Under the pieces are notes generated by a model. The model was not told where the DNA came from, ran no database searches, and saw only the letters and a program-made list of their open reading frames with translations. The position numbers were made by a program, and so were the translations under genes. Below, in pieces: positions 1 through 8,984 of a stretch of DNA of 64,000 bases. The stretch comes from Pseudomonadota bacterium (GTDB lineage: Bacteria > Desulfobacterota > Desulfobacteria > Desulfobacterales > RPRI01). Position 1 is the first letter of the stretch; each line of letters begins with the position of its first letter. The stretch spans positions 39,662-103,661 of the forward strand of contig JBDRRF010000109.1 of the NCBI GenBank assembly GCA_043825875.1. The letters run 5' to 3'.

Positions 1-226
1 CATCTTCTCGGTAGTACCAGGCAGTACCATTGACCTTCTTCAGTTTCGTGAGCATTTGATCGAGTTCGGAGAGCGTTGTTTCTTTACCGTTTGTCAGGAT
101 TCTCCCAGACTTCAGAACGCTGATTTTCAAGCTTGGAGATGAGTCCAAAGCCTTATCAGTTGAATCTGATTGTTTTGAACAGGCGATGACTGATAGCATT
201 ATCATGAGAAATATTATCTTTTTCAT
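1..226 (-). CDS. Cassette-encoded putative lipoprotein (runs off the window start)
   Basis: Manual translation MKKIIFLMIMLSVIACSKQSDS... with a lipobox-like VIAC; ATG lies 7 nt after the attC R' box; absent from the ORF track because it is truncated. Confidence 0.7.
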   Translation of the reverse strand, partial: MKKIIFLMIMLSVIACSKQSDSTDKALDSSPSLKISVLKSGRILTNGKETTLSELDQMLTKLKKVNGTAWYYRED

Positions 227-233
227 TCTTTAT

Positions 234-293
234 CCCCAACGAAGAGCTGGTAGGGGCAGCGTGGTCTTCGCCGCCCCTACCACCTTGTTATGC
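234..293 (-). repeat. attC site (60 bp)
   Basis: Minus strand GCATAAC...GTTGGGG with inner inverted arms GGTAGGGGC/GCCCCTACC. Confidence 0.8.
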
Positions 294-397
294 ATTTTAG
301 ATTAATAAGAAATTGCAATCAATAGCATCCGTTTCAGCATCGCCGAGTTGGTCCAAACGGCAATTTGCGCCTGTTTGATTATACTTTGCTTTCCTGC

Positions 398-1462
398 TTA
401 TAAAGCGCCACTCGGTAACGGCATAGTACTTCTGCCCCATTCCTTATATGTCCGCATGTTCTTTATCTGAACACAACGACCATCAGGAAACATGAATCGG
501 CCGTTGGTATGCAAGATGTATGTGTAACGCAAGGTAGTTCCTCCAGCAGTATTGACGCAATATATTCCTCTTGCTCCGGCGGTAAAGTCTATGTCCAAAA
601 CTCCTGCTGCCGAACTCATAGAGGCATGCCATCGGATGGGAACGCGCATGCCCGTCATGCTGTGATCGACAAACCATTCAAGCTCATTCAAAGAGATGTC
701 AGCTTGTGTAAAGGTAATCTCCTTATCTTCTATGAAGACACGGCAAAATCTCATTCCAATACCAGGGTGGTCCCACAAGTAAATTTGGAGATCATCGTTC
801 ATGCCCCATAGATAGCTGTAGGGCACAGCCATGTTCTTCTGGTGGTCCCATTGTTCTCCAAAGACAATTCGATCATGAATGCCATAGCCGTTCTCCAGAA
901 CGTATTCTTTTCCTTCGACAGTTATCGAACCTTCTACCCAACAATGCTGCTCGAACCCTCCCGACATCTTTTTGGGTAAATCATCCCATGCTCCATAGAT
1001 TCTGGTGGCATTTCCGAGTCCACCTAACGTGAGGTTGCACTCAACCCCCATGTGCTCGCCCTTGTACTCCCAGTAAGGAGGGCGATTGATGAACTCGCGG
1101 TTTCCCACTTTCCAGGTAACCTTATCGGTTTCCTCTATTAAATGAAAGTCAGTGCCTTCCCATTCTCTGGGGTCCTGGCGGTTGCCGATGCACACGGTTT
1201 CCTCCAGCTTGCCCCATTTGTCATGTGGCTGCATCATAAAACTGGTCTGGAGAATCGGTGCTTCATCAACCATCCATTTGCCCTTCTTCCCCCCACCAAC
1301 ACGCCAAACTATGAGCACCAGGCAAAGTTCGTTGCCTTGGGATTCACCCATGACCATCATGCCGGTGAAATCAAAGTAGTCCGAACCCTTAGGCAGTTGG
1401 TCTATTTTGGGCATCTCTTCGGACAGTTGCACATCGCTTACTGCTTTTCTATTCTTGTTCAC
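398..1462 (-). CDS. Hypothetical beta-rich protein, possibly AttH/tocopherol-cyclase/lipocalin-like
   Basis: ORF 398..1534; more likely start is GTG at 1462 after an AGAGGAGG RBS; motifs 'VEGSITVEGKEYVLENGYGIHD' and 'RVPIRWH' resemble AttH/CrtC-type barrels. Confidence 0.45.
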   Translation of the reverse strand: MNKNRKAVSDVQLSEEMPKIDQLPKGSDYFDFTGMMVMGESQGNELCLVLIVWRVGGGKKGKWMVDEAPILQTSFMMQPHDKWGKLEETVCIGNRQDPREWEGTDFHLIEETDKVTWKVGNREFINRPPYWEYKGEHMGVECNLTLGGLGNATRIYGAWDDLPKKMSGGFEQHCWVEGSITVEGKEYVLENGYGIHDRIVFGEQWDHQKNMAVPYSYLWGMNDDLQIYLWDHPGIGMRFCRVFIEDKEITFTQADISLNELEWFVDHSMTGMRVPIRWHASMSSAAGVLDIDFTAGARGIYCVNTAGGTTLRYTYILHTNGRFMFPDGRCVQIKNMRTYKEWGRSTMPLPSGAL

Positions 1463-1750
1463 GGTTATCCCTCCTCTTAATTTAGGACCCTTGGGTCGGT
1501 AATTTGGACATTGACACAATGAGACCAAACACATTTATGCGATGACTATCGGCGCTTCGATCTATTTTAAAAAATTCCGCTCAGGTGCGACTTCCCTAAT
1601 TTAATATTCAGCTACTGGTGAGCATGTCTACGGTTGCTGCTTCATACCTACAACCGAGATTTACCTCCAATGAAAACAAATTTGTTAATCAGATTATTCG
1701 AATTGGATAGCAAGTTTTCGCCTAAATTTTCCCGGCCAGTTTCTGGCAAG

Positions 1751-1881
1751 AAATAACGATTAAATTGAGGGGGCAGGAAACTCACACCGAAGAAAGTATA
1801 TGAAGCCATTATATTAAGCTGCCAGATGCCTTTGAAAAAAGTCGCAGCCTTTCCCGTTCCCTCTCAAATGATTTGTTAGCA
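1751..1881 (-). repeat. attC site (131 bp)
   Basis: Plus strand AAATAAC-GATTAAATTGAGGGG...CCCTCTCAAATGATTT-GTTAGCA, just downstream of the 1903 ORF stop. Confidence 0.75.
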
Positions 1882-1902
1882 TTAAAATATCAATTCTATT
1901 CG

Positions 1903-2445
1903 TTACTGATTATTCACTTTTATTTCTTTTAGTTCAACCCATTTGGTGTTTTTGTACCTAATTTTCAGAGCTTGGTTATTTTGTGGCACCTCGAAAATAT
2001 AGATAGGGAAACGATACGAACCTCCTGTTGTAGTCTTTCGTGATTCGACCTCTTTCACGACATTTTTTTCTTTTTTATAGTCCTTTGCCTTTATTATAAA
2101 GGGATGAACACTGAGTCCAGCAGCTATAAATGATAGTTTTTTGTTTCCGTTAATTAGCTGAATGTCCCCTAATTTGAAGGGCTGTTTTGTATCTGTTATA
2201 TTATCGATAACAATTTTTAACTTAACTAAAATATTTCCTTCTTTCGCTTTTATATCTACTGTTTTCTTGTCCAGGAATGGTGGATTATGATCTGGATATG
2301 CAGGAAATGAAGCATTGATTTCCATTGAATCCACATAAACCTTGAAAATATCATTCCCTAAGTTTGTTGCATCTCCTGCAAATGCAGGCAGAATAAAAAT
2401 GGATATTACAGCTGCAAACATGAAAGAACCCAATGATTTTTTCAC
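1903..2445 (-). CDS. Cassette: secreted hypothetical protein (DUF4352-like Ig fold possible)
   Basis: Signal peptide ending AFA; AGGAGG RBS; starts after GTTAACA (2463-2469), near-complement of its R'' TGCTAAC. Confidence 0.65.
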   Translation of the reverse strand: MKKSLGSFMFAAVISIFILPAFAGDATNLGNDIFKVYVDSMEINASFPAYPDHNPPFLDKKTVDIKAKEGNILVKLKIVIDNITDTKQPFKLGDIQLINGNKKLSFIAAGLSVHPFIIKAKDYKKEKNVVKEVESRKTTTGGSYRFPIYIFEVPQNNQALKIRYKNTKWVELKEIKVNNQ

Positions 2446-2548
2446 GAAATACCTCCTTTAAATGTTAACATGCAGTTTGGGAAGCTATCCTGCTCAAATT
2501 TCCACTTTCCGTGTGTTGAAAGAGTCAAGAGCAGACCAGATCCTCTGT

Positions 2549-3112
2549 TTACTTTATGCCCAACAAAGCTCTGGTTGTTTTAGTAAAAGTATCTATATCA
2601 ATCTCGGAAATGACAGAAAAAAATTCTTTCCTGCTCATGATCTCTTCCCCCGCCGTACCAACACTGAAACGGAAACTATCTCCATAAATTTCCACGTCAC
2701 GGTTTTTATACGATCCATTGTTATATTCTCGCAATGCAGCTTTACGCCCAAGAAGATTGATAACGATATAGCCGATTTTCTTATCCCCGACAGACGTAGT
2801 TCCAAAATCGGATGAACGGTTGTTATAGTGAGAGGCAACTGAAATATCGATCTTCACGTTTGCCCCTTGATACCTGGACATGCAGTACACGCTTGCGCGG
2901 GAACCTTGGATCGTAACGTCCATCCCCGTACCATTATTTAATGGCTGGTGACAGGTTGTGAGAAAACTTTTGTTGGGGAAAGTTTCTCGAAAAACCTTTT
3001 CAATTGCTTCTTGCTTGGATGATCCGTCTTGTGCGAATGTGTCTAAATCTGCGAATGAAAAGAATACAACGATGATTAGGAACAAAAATCTCACTCCTCG
3101 AATTATTCTCAT
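2549..3112 (-). CDS. Secreted hypothetical protein
   Basis: ORF 2549..3160; ATG at 3112 follows AGGAGG; N-terminal signal peptide. Confidence 0.65.
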   Translation of the reverse strand: MRIIRGVRFLFLIIVVFFSFADLDTFAQDGSSKQEAIEKVFRETFPNKSFLTTCHQPLNNGTGMDVTIQGSRASVYCMSRYQGANVKIDISVASHYNNRSSDFGTTSVGDKKIGYIVINLLGRKAALREYNNGSYKNRDVEIYGDSFRFSVGTAGEEIMSRKEFFSVISEIDIDTFTKTTRALLGIK

Positions 3113-3280
3113 CTTTCCTCCTGTGTTGGTGAGTCTAAAGTTTTCTAAAACCGATAGCAATCAGAGTGAAAACCCGTTTTTACCGTCATTCCAACCCCTA
3201 AGACAGTTCGTATACAGCTTCTACTTTCTGTTCAATATTATCCGGCTACCCGATTCTATTTCTTCTTAATGGGTAACGCA

Positions 3281-3727
3281 TTATTTTTCAGAGAGCGTCC
3301 ATGGCTTTGTGAAGTAGGTTTTACGCACCTCAGATGCTTTTGAAGAAGCCCAATTTTCAAGCCCCATTTTATTAATTAAACACAGATTGAAAACTTTCAT
3401 GTTATGGGGAAGTTCGGTTGATTTGTCAGCATAGGGATGCAAATGATCACAAGGGAACTGATCACAATCCCCGCAAAAATTCAAGTTTTTGCTTTTGGAG
3501 CATTCATATGCTGCACAACGGTGTTCTTCACCGAAAGCCATTTTTTGTAATGGTATCCTGCCATTGTGATTGCGGCATCCATTACATAGCATTATTTCAA
3601 CAGGCATGTTGTGTTCTTTGGCTATTTGTTCAACTGTAATTTTTGCTTCTTGATTTTCATTAGCTAAATAGAAGTGACAGTTGAAGCAGTCTAATCCACA
3701 TGGTGCTGTCATTTGAAAGTAATCCAT
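3281..3727 (-). CDS. Cassette: DUF3795-like Cys-rich protein
   Basis: APCGLDCFNC...CNGCR...CAAYEC...FCGDCDQFPC pattern; start MDYF at 3727. Confidence 0.75.
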   Translation of the reverse strand: MDYFQMTAPCGLDCFNCHFYLANENQEAKITVEQIAKEHNMPVEIMLCNGCRNHNGRIPLQKMAFGEEHRCAAYECSKSKNLNFCGDCDQFPCDHLHPYADKSTELPHNMKVFNLCLINKMGLENWASSKASEVRKTYFTKPWTLSEK

Positions 3728-3765
3728 AGATAAACCCCCTTTAATTTTAAAATCAACCTCTTGAA

Positions 3766-3882
3766 ACATAACACCAAACTGAGCAGCGTTAGTACAGACT
3801 TTGTTTCTCGAGGATAGTACCAGTTTGATAAACTTACCCCCACCGAGGGCGATATGCCGCCTGCTATAGTTGCTTGTAGGGC
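3766..3882 (-). repeat. Degenerate attC site
   Basis: ACATAAC-ACCAAACTGAGCAGCG...CGCCTGCTATAGTTGCTT-GTAGGGC; R'' box mutated. Confidence 0.55.
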
Positions 3883-3929
3883 AGTCGTTTATTTATTCTG
3901 TACTATTTCAAAAACCTGTCATTCGTTTT

Positions 3930-4307
3930 TTAAAGCATGCTTTTTAACCATTTTCTCGCACTTTCAATGTCAGTAAACCATTTTATTTTCCAGCCCGAAT
4001 TTGCAGCCGTAGTCTCAAAAAATGACTTATAATCCTGATTCTCAGGTACATCAACAACGGCGGAAGGCATTATTCTGACATCCGAAGGGAGGCTCCTGAC
4101 ACGATAATATGCATCGACAATTTTGTGAGGTCCAGTTGAGGCGCGAACATCTGTTAATACACCTTTGGCATTACTCTCTCGTATGATTTCGATTACTTTA
4201 GAACGGAGTTTATCGACATCATCTGCGGATAGCTCACCTGTAACGACTATATCAACGATTCCTTCGTTCACTGAACTTAAGAGTTGATAATTTTCCTTTT
4301 TTACCAT
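3930..4307 (-). CDS. Cassette: STAS/SpoIIAA-like hypothetical protein
   Basis: 125 aa; C-terminal 'IKWFTDIESARKWL' is typical of this family. Confidence 0.6.
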   Translation of the reverse strand: MVKKENYQLLSSVNEGIVDIVVTGELSADDVDKLRSKVIEIIRESNAKGVLTDVRASTGPHKIVDAYYRVRSLPSDVRIMPSAVVDVPENQDYKSFFETTAANSGWKIKWFTDIESARKWLKSML

Positions 4308-4324
4308 GATGCTCTCTATTTACT

Positions 4325-4411
4325 GCTCAAAGCGGAAATAACCTGCGCTGCCGCCGTTAAAGGGTTTAGAGTTTTACTTACTCGGCGTCAGGTTAATTTA
4401 TTTTGTTATCA
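4325..4411 (-). repeat. attC site with damaged R' box
   Basis: Homologous to the attC at 18960-19046 (AATAACC..CGCCGTTA..TTACTCGGCGT..GGTTAATT..TTTGTT); R' reads GCTCAAA instead of ..AAC. Confidence 0.65.
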
Positions 4412-4415
4412 GATT

Positions 4416-4652
4416 TTAATATTGTTCATAACCGATTTTAATGTCTTTGATCTTGCTCTCTGCCTTAAATATTCTGACTTTTTCGTGATGTTTAATAATG
4501 ATGTTGCTATTATCTTTCCAGCTTGCTTCTACTTTTGGGTTACCGCCAGGTCCTGAAGGTGCTATACCATAAATAAATAATCCTCCAAGAACAAGCACTA
4601 AGCATAACAGTCCACACACAATATATAGGCTAATTTTTTTCCATGTTTTCAT
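4416..4652 (-). CDS. Cassette: small membrane-anchored hypothetical protein (78 aa, possibly truncated)
   Basis: N-terminal TM helix; bounded by GTTAGCA and TGATAAC boxes. Confidence 0.5.
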   Translation of the reverse strand: MKTWKKISLYIVCGLLCLVLVLGGLFIYGIAPSGPGGNPKVEASWKDNSNIIIKHHEKVRIFKAESKIKDIKIGYEQY

Positions 4653-4663
4653 CAGTTATTCGC

Positions 4664-4713
4664 TGCTAACGTGTGGCTGAGGAGCGGCGGATATGCCGTC
4701 AACTCCAGCCGGT
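4664..4713 (-). repeat. attC site interrupted at its R'' end by an intron remnant
   Basis: TGCTAAC-GTGTGGCTGAGGAG-CGGCGGATATGCCGTC-AACTCCAGCC; R'' replaced by intron sequence. Confidence 0.7.
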
Positions 4714-4930
4714 GTATGCCCTGCATGGGCGTGAACTTATGGGGTGAAAGTCCCCTGTGTGTAAATCCTGTTAATTGTTAATTTCATTAGCATAAACATT
4801 AGCTGAAGGCAAGGGCGGAATCGTGAGGTTTTGTCTGAACGCGGAGCGAACCGGAAGGTGAACCGAAGGCGAAAGCGACTGAACGGAGCGGCCAACCCTA
4901 AGTGCAAAGCTATGAGCCGACGAACAGAAA
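4714..4930 (+). mobile_element. 5' fragment (domain I) of a class IIC group II intron
   Basis: GTATGCCCTGCATGGGCG...GGGTGAAAGTCCC...TTAGCTGAAGGCAAGGG...TCTGAA...GACGAACAGAAAC follows the IIC domain I pattern; no RT ORF or domain V follows. Confidence 0.7.
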
Positions 4931-5144
4931 CAAGGTAAAATGGTGTCAAGTTTATATTTGACCTTTAATTACTTTTTCTTTTAAAGTTTGAATCTCTTTT
5001 CTTAAATTATTGTCTGTTTTTGTCATACATGCAATCTTTTGGACAATGCTGCTTACTGTGCTATATGTGTTGATAAAAAATACTTCTTTTATAATGTTTA
5101 GATCATCTCCACGTATTTGACGCAATTAATTAATTGCAACATAT

Positions 5145-5262
5145 TTAGCTTGTAATATAATAGAAATAGATATCGGATTATTTGTTCCAGAAAATTCCAT
5201 AATGAATAATAATGCTTAAATTCCGCTAACACTTTACATTGATTAAATCAACTTATTTTTTA
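5145..5262. repeat. Non-coding element duplicated at 27993-28118
   Basis: Shared blocks TTTGTTCCAGAAAAT, CATAATGAA, TGCTTAAATT, GCTAACACTTT, CATTGATTAAATCAAC. Confidence 0.8.
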
Positions 5263-5342
5263 AGTTTAAATGACTGGTTTTGTGTGTAAGTAATTGTCGG
5301 GTATTATTTTAATTTCTTCTTCATGAATGGGGGTGGAGTAGG

Positions 5343-5368
5343 GTGGCCCTCTCCCACGAGAGGAGAGG
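5343..5368. repeat. REP-like hairpin (second copy at 28268-28302)
   Basis: GGCCCTCTCCCACGAG(A/T)GGAGAGG in both copies. Confidence 0.6.
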
Positions 5369-5602
5369 AGAAAAGGAAAAACGGTTGTATATGATTGACG
5401 AATATGGTTTTTAAGTCTGATTTGAAATTACGGCAGTTCTTTCCGGATTCGCTCGCTATTTCGTGTGGGTAACTCTCTCCCTTGGATGCAGTTCGATAAA
5501 CATAGGGCAACATCAAAGTCCATCCTGTTAATTCTGTCTAAAAACCTTGGTTAATATATGTGTTGCGTCAACTGTTTACCCACACAAAACAGCGAAAAGC
5601 CA

Positions 5603-7246
5603 TCAGTCTTTAAAAGGTGATTCAATCATTTCAAACGGGTCATAATGATGACCACGGCCTACTCTTAATGAACCCCATATTTCGCCTATAGTTGCATATT
5701 CTTTACAGGCTTCTATCATGGTTGGAGTAAGATTGACATTTCCCTGCTTGTCTTCTTCTGCCAGTTTTTTCATTAATTCTTTTACAGCATTATTATTTCT
5801 CTTCTTTTTTATATCTCTTACTCTCTGAACCTGTTCGGCAGTCGAAGCTTTAGATACCACATGAATAGGAATTTTATGGTCTTGTTCAGGTGGAACCACC
5901 AAATCATTAATTCCTATAAGTTTCATGGTTCCACTTTCTATATCTGTCTGACGCTTTAATGCCGCTTCATCTATCATTGCCCTTATCCATCCGTCTTTAA
6001 CTCCTTCTTCCAGACCTCCCTTGTCAAGTATCTTCTGAAGAAGTTCCCATGACCTCTTTTCTACCTCGTTTGTAAGCCACTCAACATAGTAAGATCCGGC
6101 AAGAGGATCAACTACATTGGCAATTCCGGTTTCATAAGCAAGGATATTTTGCGTACACATTGCAATCCTGGTTGCAATTTCCGTAGGAAGACATAAAGGC
6201 TCATCGTACATTACAGGATCAATGGCATTACAGCCGCCAAGGGCAGCAGACATAAGCTGTACTGCAATTCGCCCTATGTTGTTAAGAGGCTGCTGGGCTA
6301 TAGCTGTAAGTCCGGATACCCGTGCTGCGATATAAAGCTTTTGTGCTCTCGGATTCTTGGAACCGTATCTTTCTCTTGCTATTTTTGCCCATATTCTTCT
6401 GGATGCCCTGAATTTCGCAATTTCTTCAAAAAAATCCATCCATATTGTAAAAGTAAAAGGAACCCTGTTTGCAAATTCGTCAAAATTTAATCCGCGCTCT
6501 ACAAGCCGGTCGGCAAATGCTATTGTGGAAGCAAACCCCAGTGCTGTTTCCATAACAGCTGGCGTCCCTTCTTCTGAAACATTGTGTGCGCTTGTATGAA
6601 ATGTTGCAAATCTTAATTTATTTTTCGAACAGTATTCGACTACATCAACAGCAAGTTTGGACCATAAATCCAGAGGCTGAGGGGTAACAAAGCCGCTGTA
6701 GTACTGGCAATATAAATTAAGAGCCGCACCGCCGTTTAAGGCAGAATAAGGAACGCCCTGCTTTTGGGCCATAGCAAAAAACATACAGGGCAATACCGGG
6801 CCGCTTGCCCCTGATGATTCGAAAGTGATTGTTGTTTTGTCAATAGGAAAGCCTTCTAAAATGGTTTCAACATCATCTAATGAGGATACCGGTATGCCAA
6901 CCAAACCGGCTTCATCCACTGCCATAGGATGGTCAGCATCAATTCCGACCTGAGTGGGGTAATCATTTACAACCTCAACTCCTTCCGATCCTATGCTGGC
7001 CAGATACTTCAGTCTTTCCATGGAATCTTTTGCCGAACCGAATCCTGAAAGAAATCTCCTTGTCCAAATCTTGTTTCTAAACATTCCCTTATATAAACCT
7101 CTTGTATAAGGGTATTCCCCGGCTTCACCGAGATCCCTGTCATAATCAAAATCTTTTAAGTCTTCGGGCTTATACATCTCTTTTAATGGTATACCTGAAG
7201 CCGACTCGAACTTCCTGTTTGCGTCTTCCTGAATCGTTGTTTTCAT
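5603..7246 (-). CDS. Coenzyme B12-dependent acyl-CoA mutase, large (substrate-binding) subunit; specificity atypical
   Basis: 'GEYPYTRG', 'FFEEIAKFRASRRIWA', 'DPLAGSYYVEWLT', 'ATIGEI' motifs of the MCM/ICM family. Confidence 0.92.
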   Translation of the reverse strand: MKTTIQEDANRKFESASGIPLKEMYKPEDLKDFDYDRDLGEAGEYPYTRGLYKGMFRNKIWTRRFLSGFGSAKDSMERLKYLASIGSEGVEVVNDYPTQVGIDADHPMAVDEAGLVGIPVSSLDDVETILEGFPIDKTTITFESSGASGPVLPCMFFAMAQKQGVPYSALNGGAALNLYCQYYSGFVTPQPLDLWSKLAVDVVEYCSKNKLRFATFHTSAHNVSEEGTPAVMETALGFASTIAFADRLVERGLNFDEFANRVPFTFTIWMDFFEEIAKFRASRRIWAKIARERYGSKNPRAQKLYIAARVSGLTAIAQQPLNNIGRIAVQLMSAALGGCNAIDPVMYDEPLCLPTEIATRIAMCTQNILAYETGIANVVDPLAGSYYVEWLTNEVEKRSWELLQKILDKGGLEEGVKDGWIRAMIDEAALKRQTDIESGTMKLIGINDLVVPPEQDHKIPIHVVSKASTAEQVQRVRDIKKKRNNNAVKELMKKLAEEDKQGNVNLTPTMIEACKEYATIGEIWGSLRVGRGHHYDPFEMIESPFKD

Positions 7247-7677
7247 ATTTGCTTCTCCCTGACAGGATTTAAATCCCTTTTGCTTTTCTTTTCAACAAGG
7301 GATGTAATTGTTTCTACTATTACATTAGACATTGCTCCGGGCCCGATAACTGCGTCAACACCCAGTGCCTTTAGTTCATCAGGAAAAGGATCCGGAATGG
7401 TTCCGCCTACAATTACTACAACATTGTCCATTCCCTCTTTTTTCAACATATCAATTAACTTGGGAACTAGTCTGGTATGATTTGATGACTGACAGCTTAT
7501 ACCAACAACATCTGCATCTTCTTCTACAACGGCCTTAAAAATTGATTCGGGACTTTGAAATCTTCCAAGATATACCACTTCCATACCGGCATCACGCAAC
7601 ATTGCGCTTACAATTTTGGCTCCTACATCGTGCCCGTCAAGACCAATTTTTGAAATTACTGCTTTTATCTGCTTCAT
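7243..7677 (-). CDS. B12-binding small subunit of the acyl-CoA mutase
   Basis: DxHxxG motif 'GLDGHDVGAK'; 'VGGTIP'; overlaps the large-subunit start by 4 nt. Confidence 0.95.
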   Translation of the reverse strand: MKQIKAVISKIGLDGHDVGAKIVSAMLRDAGMEVVYLGRFQSPESIFKAVVEEDADVVGISCQSSNHTRLVPKLIDMLKKEGMDNVVVIVGGTIPDPFPDELKALGVDAVIGPGAMSNVIVETITSLVEKKSKRDLNPVREKQI

Positions 7678-7715
7678 GAGATACTTCCTCTTTGCATTAG
7701 ATTATAGGCAATATT

Positions 7716-7744
7716 GAAGCTCCCCGAGGCCAAGCATCGGGGAG
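7716..7744. repeat. Short GC-rich palindrome, possibly an IS200/IS605-type end remnant
   Basis: GAAGCTCCCCGAGGCCAAGCATCGGGGAG. Confidence 0.35.
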
Positions 7745-7786
7745 TGCGCTCGTTGTTGCTGTTCAACTCACCTGCCGTTTACTTTT

Positions 7787-8980
7787 TTATTTAGGTTCCG
7801 TTCCAAAAATATTAACCAATGCAACGGCTCCGGTTCCCCCAAGGTTATGCGTAAGGCCTATTTTCGGATCCTTGACCTGGCGTTTACCGGCTTCACCACG
7901 TAATTGCCAGAATATCTCGCATGCCTGGGCTACTCCTGTGGCTCCTATGGGATGACCCTTTGATTTTAATCCTCCGCTTACATTGCAGGGTATTTCACCG
8001 TCTATCATAGGCCCGCCGTTTTCTATCCATTGACCACCCTTACCACGCTCACAAAATCCAAGGTCTTCGTAATCTATTAATTCCGTGCAGGTAAAACAGT
8101 CATGTATTTCGGCTACATCTATGTCTTTGGGCGAAATATCGGCTATCTCGTATGCGGTTTTACTGGCTACTGTTGTTGTATCCCATTGGTGATAATGCCG
8201 TTTCTGGTGCCCGTAAAAATCATCGCAGGCAAGGGCACTGCTCCAAAGATATATCGGCTTGTCGGTATATTCCTTGGCTATATCTTCTCTGGTCAATATA
8301 ATTGCTGCTGCACCATCAGTTGTCGGGCAACAATCAAACAGCCCTAAGGGCCAGCTTATCATCGGAGCATTCATTACCTGTTCCATGGTTACTTCAAACT
8401 GAAAATGGGCATACGGATCAAGAGTTCCGTTGTGATGATTCTTTACCGCAATCATTGCAAAATGTTCTTTCTTTGTTCCGTATTTTGCCATATGGGCTAC
8501 ACCGAATTGCCCGTACATCGCAGGCCCTGTCAGTCCTCTGGGATGCCACCACTGATGATATGAGGTATTGGCTTGGCCTATCATGGATTCGCGACCGGGA
8601 ATGTCTCTCATCTTCTCGGCGCCTACTACAAGTACTACATCATATACTCCGGCTTTAATGGCAAAAGCTGCCTGACGTATAGCATCACTGCCGGTACAAC
8701 AGGCGTTTTCCACCCTGCTTACAGGTTTATCATAAAATGTGAGTGCATTGGAAAGGGTGGCTCCGCTTACTATTTCTTTTCTCAAGCTTGTTCCGGGTAA
8801 ACAACATCCGAACCATGCAGCTTCAATCGCATCTTCTTTTATTCCCTTGTCAACGCTTTTTAAGCAATTCTCATATGATTCAAATATCATGTCTTCTAAG
8901 CTCTTTTCAAAAAGCTCTCCGAAACGAATCATGCCAGCGCCTACCACTGCTACATTTAAAGGAATCTTTTTACGCGCCAT
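7787..8980 (-). CDS. SCP2-type thiolase
   Basis: 'ENACCTG' nucleophile, 'EIHDCF', 'GHPIGATG', 'HNLGG'. Confidence 0.9.
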   Translation of the reverse strand: MARKKIPLNVAVVGAGMIRFGELFEKSLEDMIFESYENCLKSVDKGIKEDAIEAAWFGCCLPGTSLRKEIVSGATLSNALTFYDKPVSRVENACCTGSDAIRQAAFAIKAGVYDVVLVVGAEKMRDIPGRESMIGQANTSYHQWWHPRGLTGPAMYGQFGVAHMAKYGTKKEHFAMIAVKNHHNGTLDPYAHFQFEVTMEQVMNAPMISWPLGLFDCCPTTDGAAAIILTREDIAKEYTDKPIYLWSSALACDDFYGHQKRHYHQWDTTTVASKTAYEIADISPKDIDVAEIHDCFTCTELIDYEDLGFCERGKGGQWIENGGPMIDGEIPCNVSGGLKSKGHPIGATGVAQACEIFWQLRGEAGKRQVKDPKIGLTHNLGGTGAVALVNIFGTEPK

Positions 8981-8984
8981 ATCA

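Noticed and set aside
4737..4949. 70-aa minus-strand ORF
   Set aside because: Antisense to the intron RNA remnant; no protein features
5239..5251. FNR/CRP box (TTGATTAAATCAA)
   Set aside because: Spacer is 3 nt rather than the 4 nt of TTGAT-N4-ATCAA
5603..7246. Ordinary methylmalonyl-CoA mutase
   Set aside because: The Tyr and Arg residues that bind the substrate carboxylate appear to be replaced
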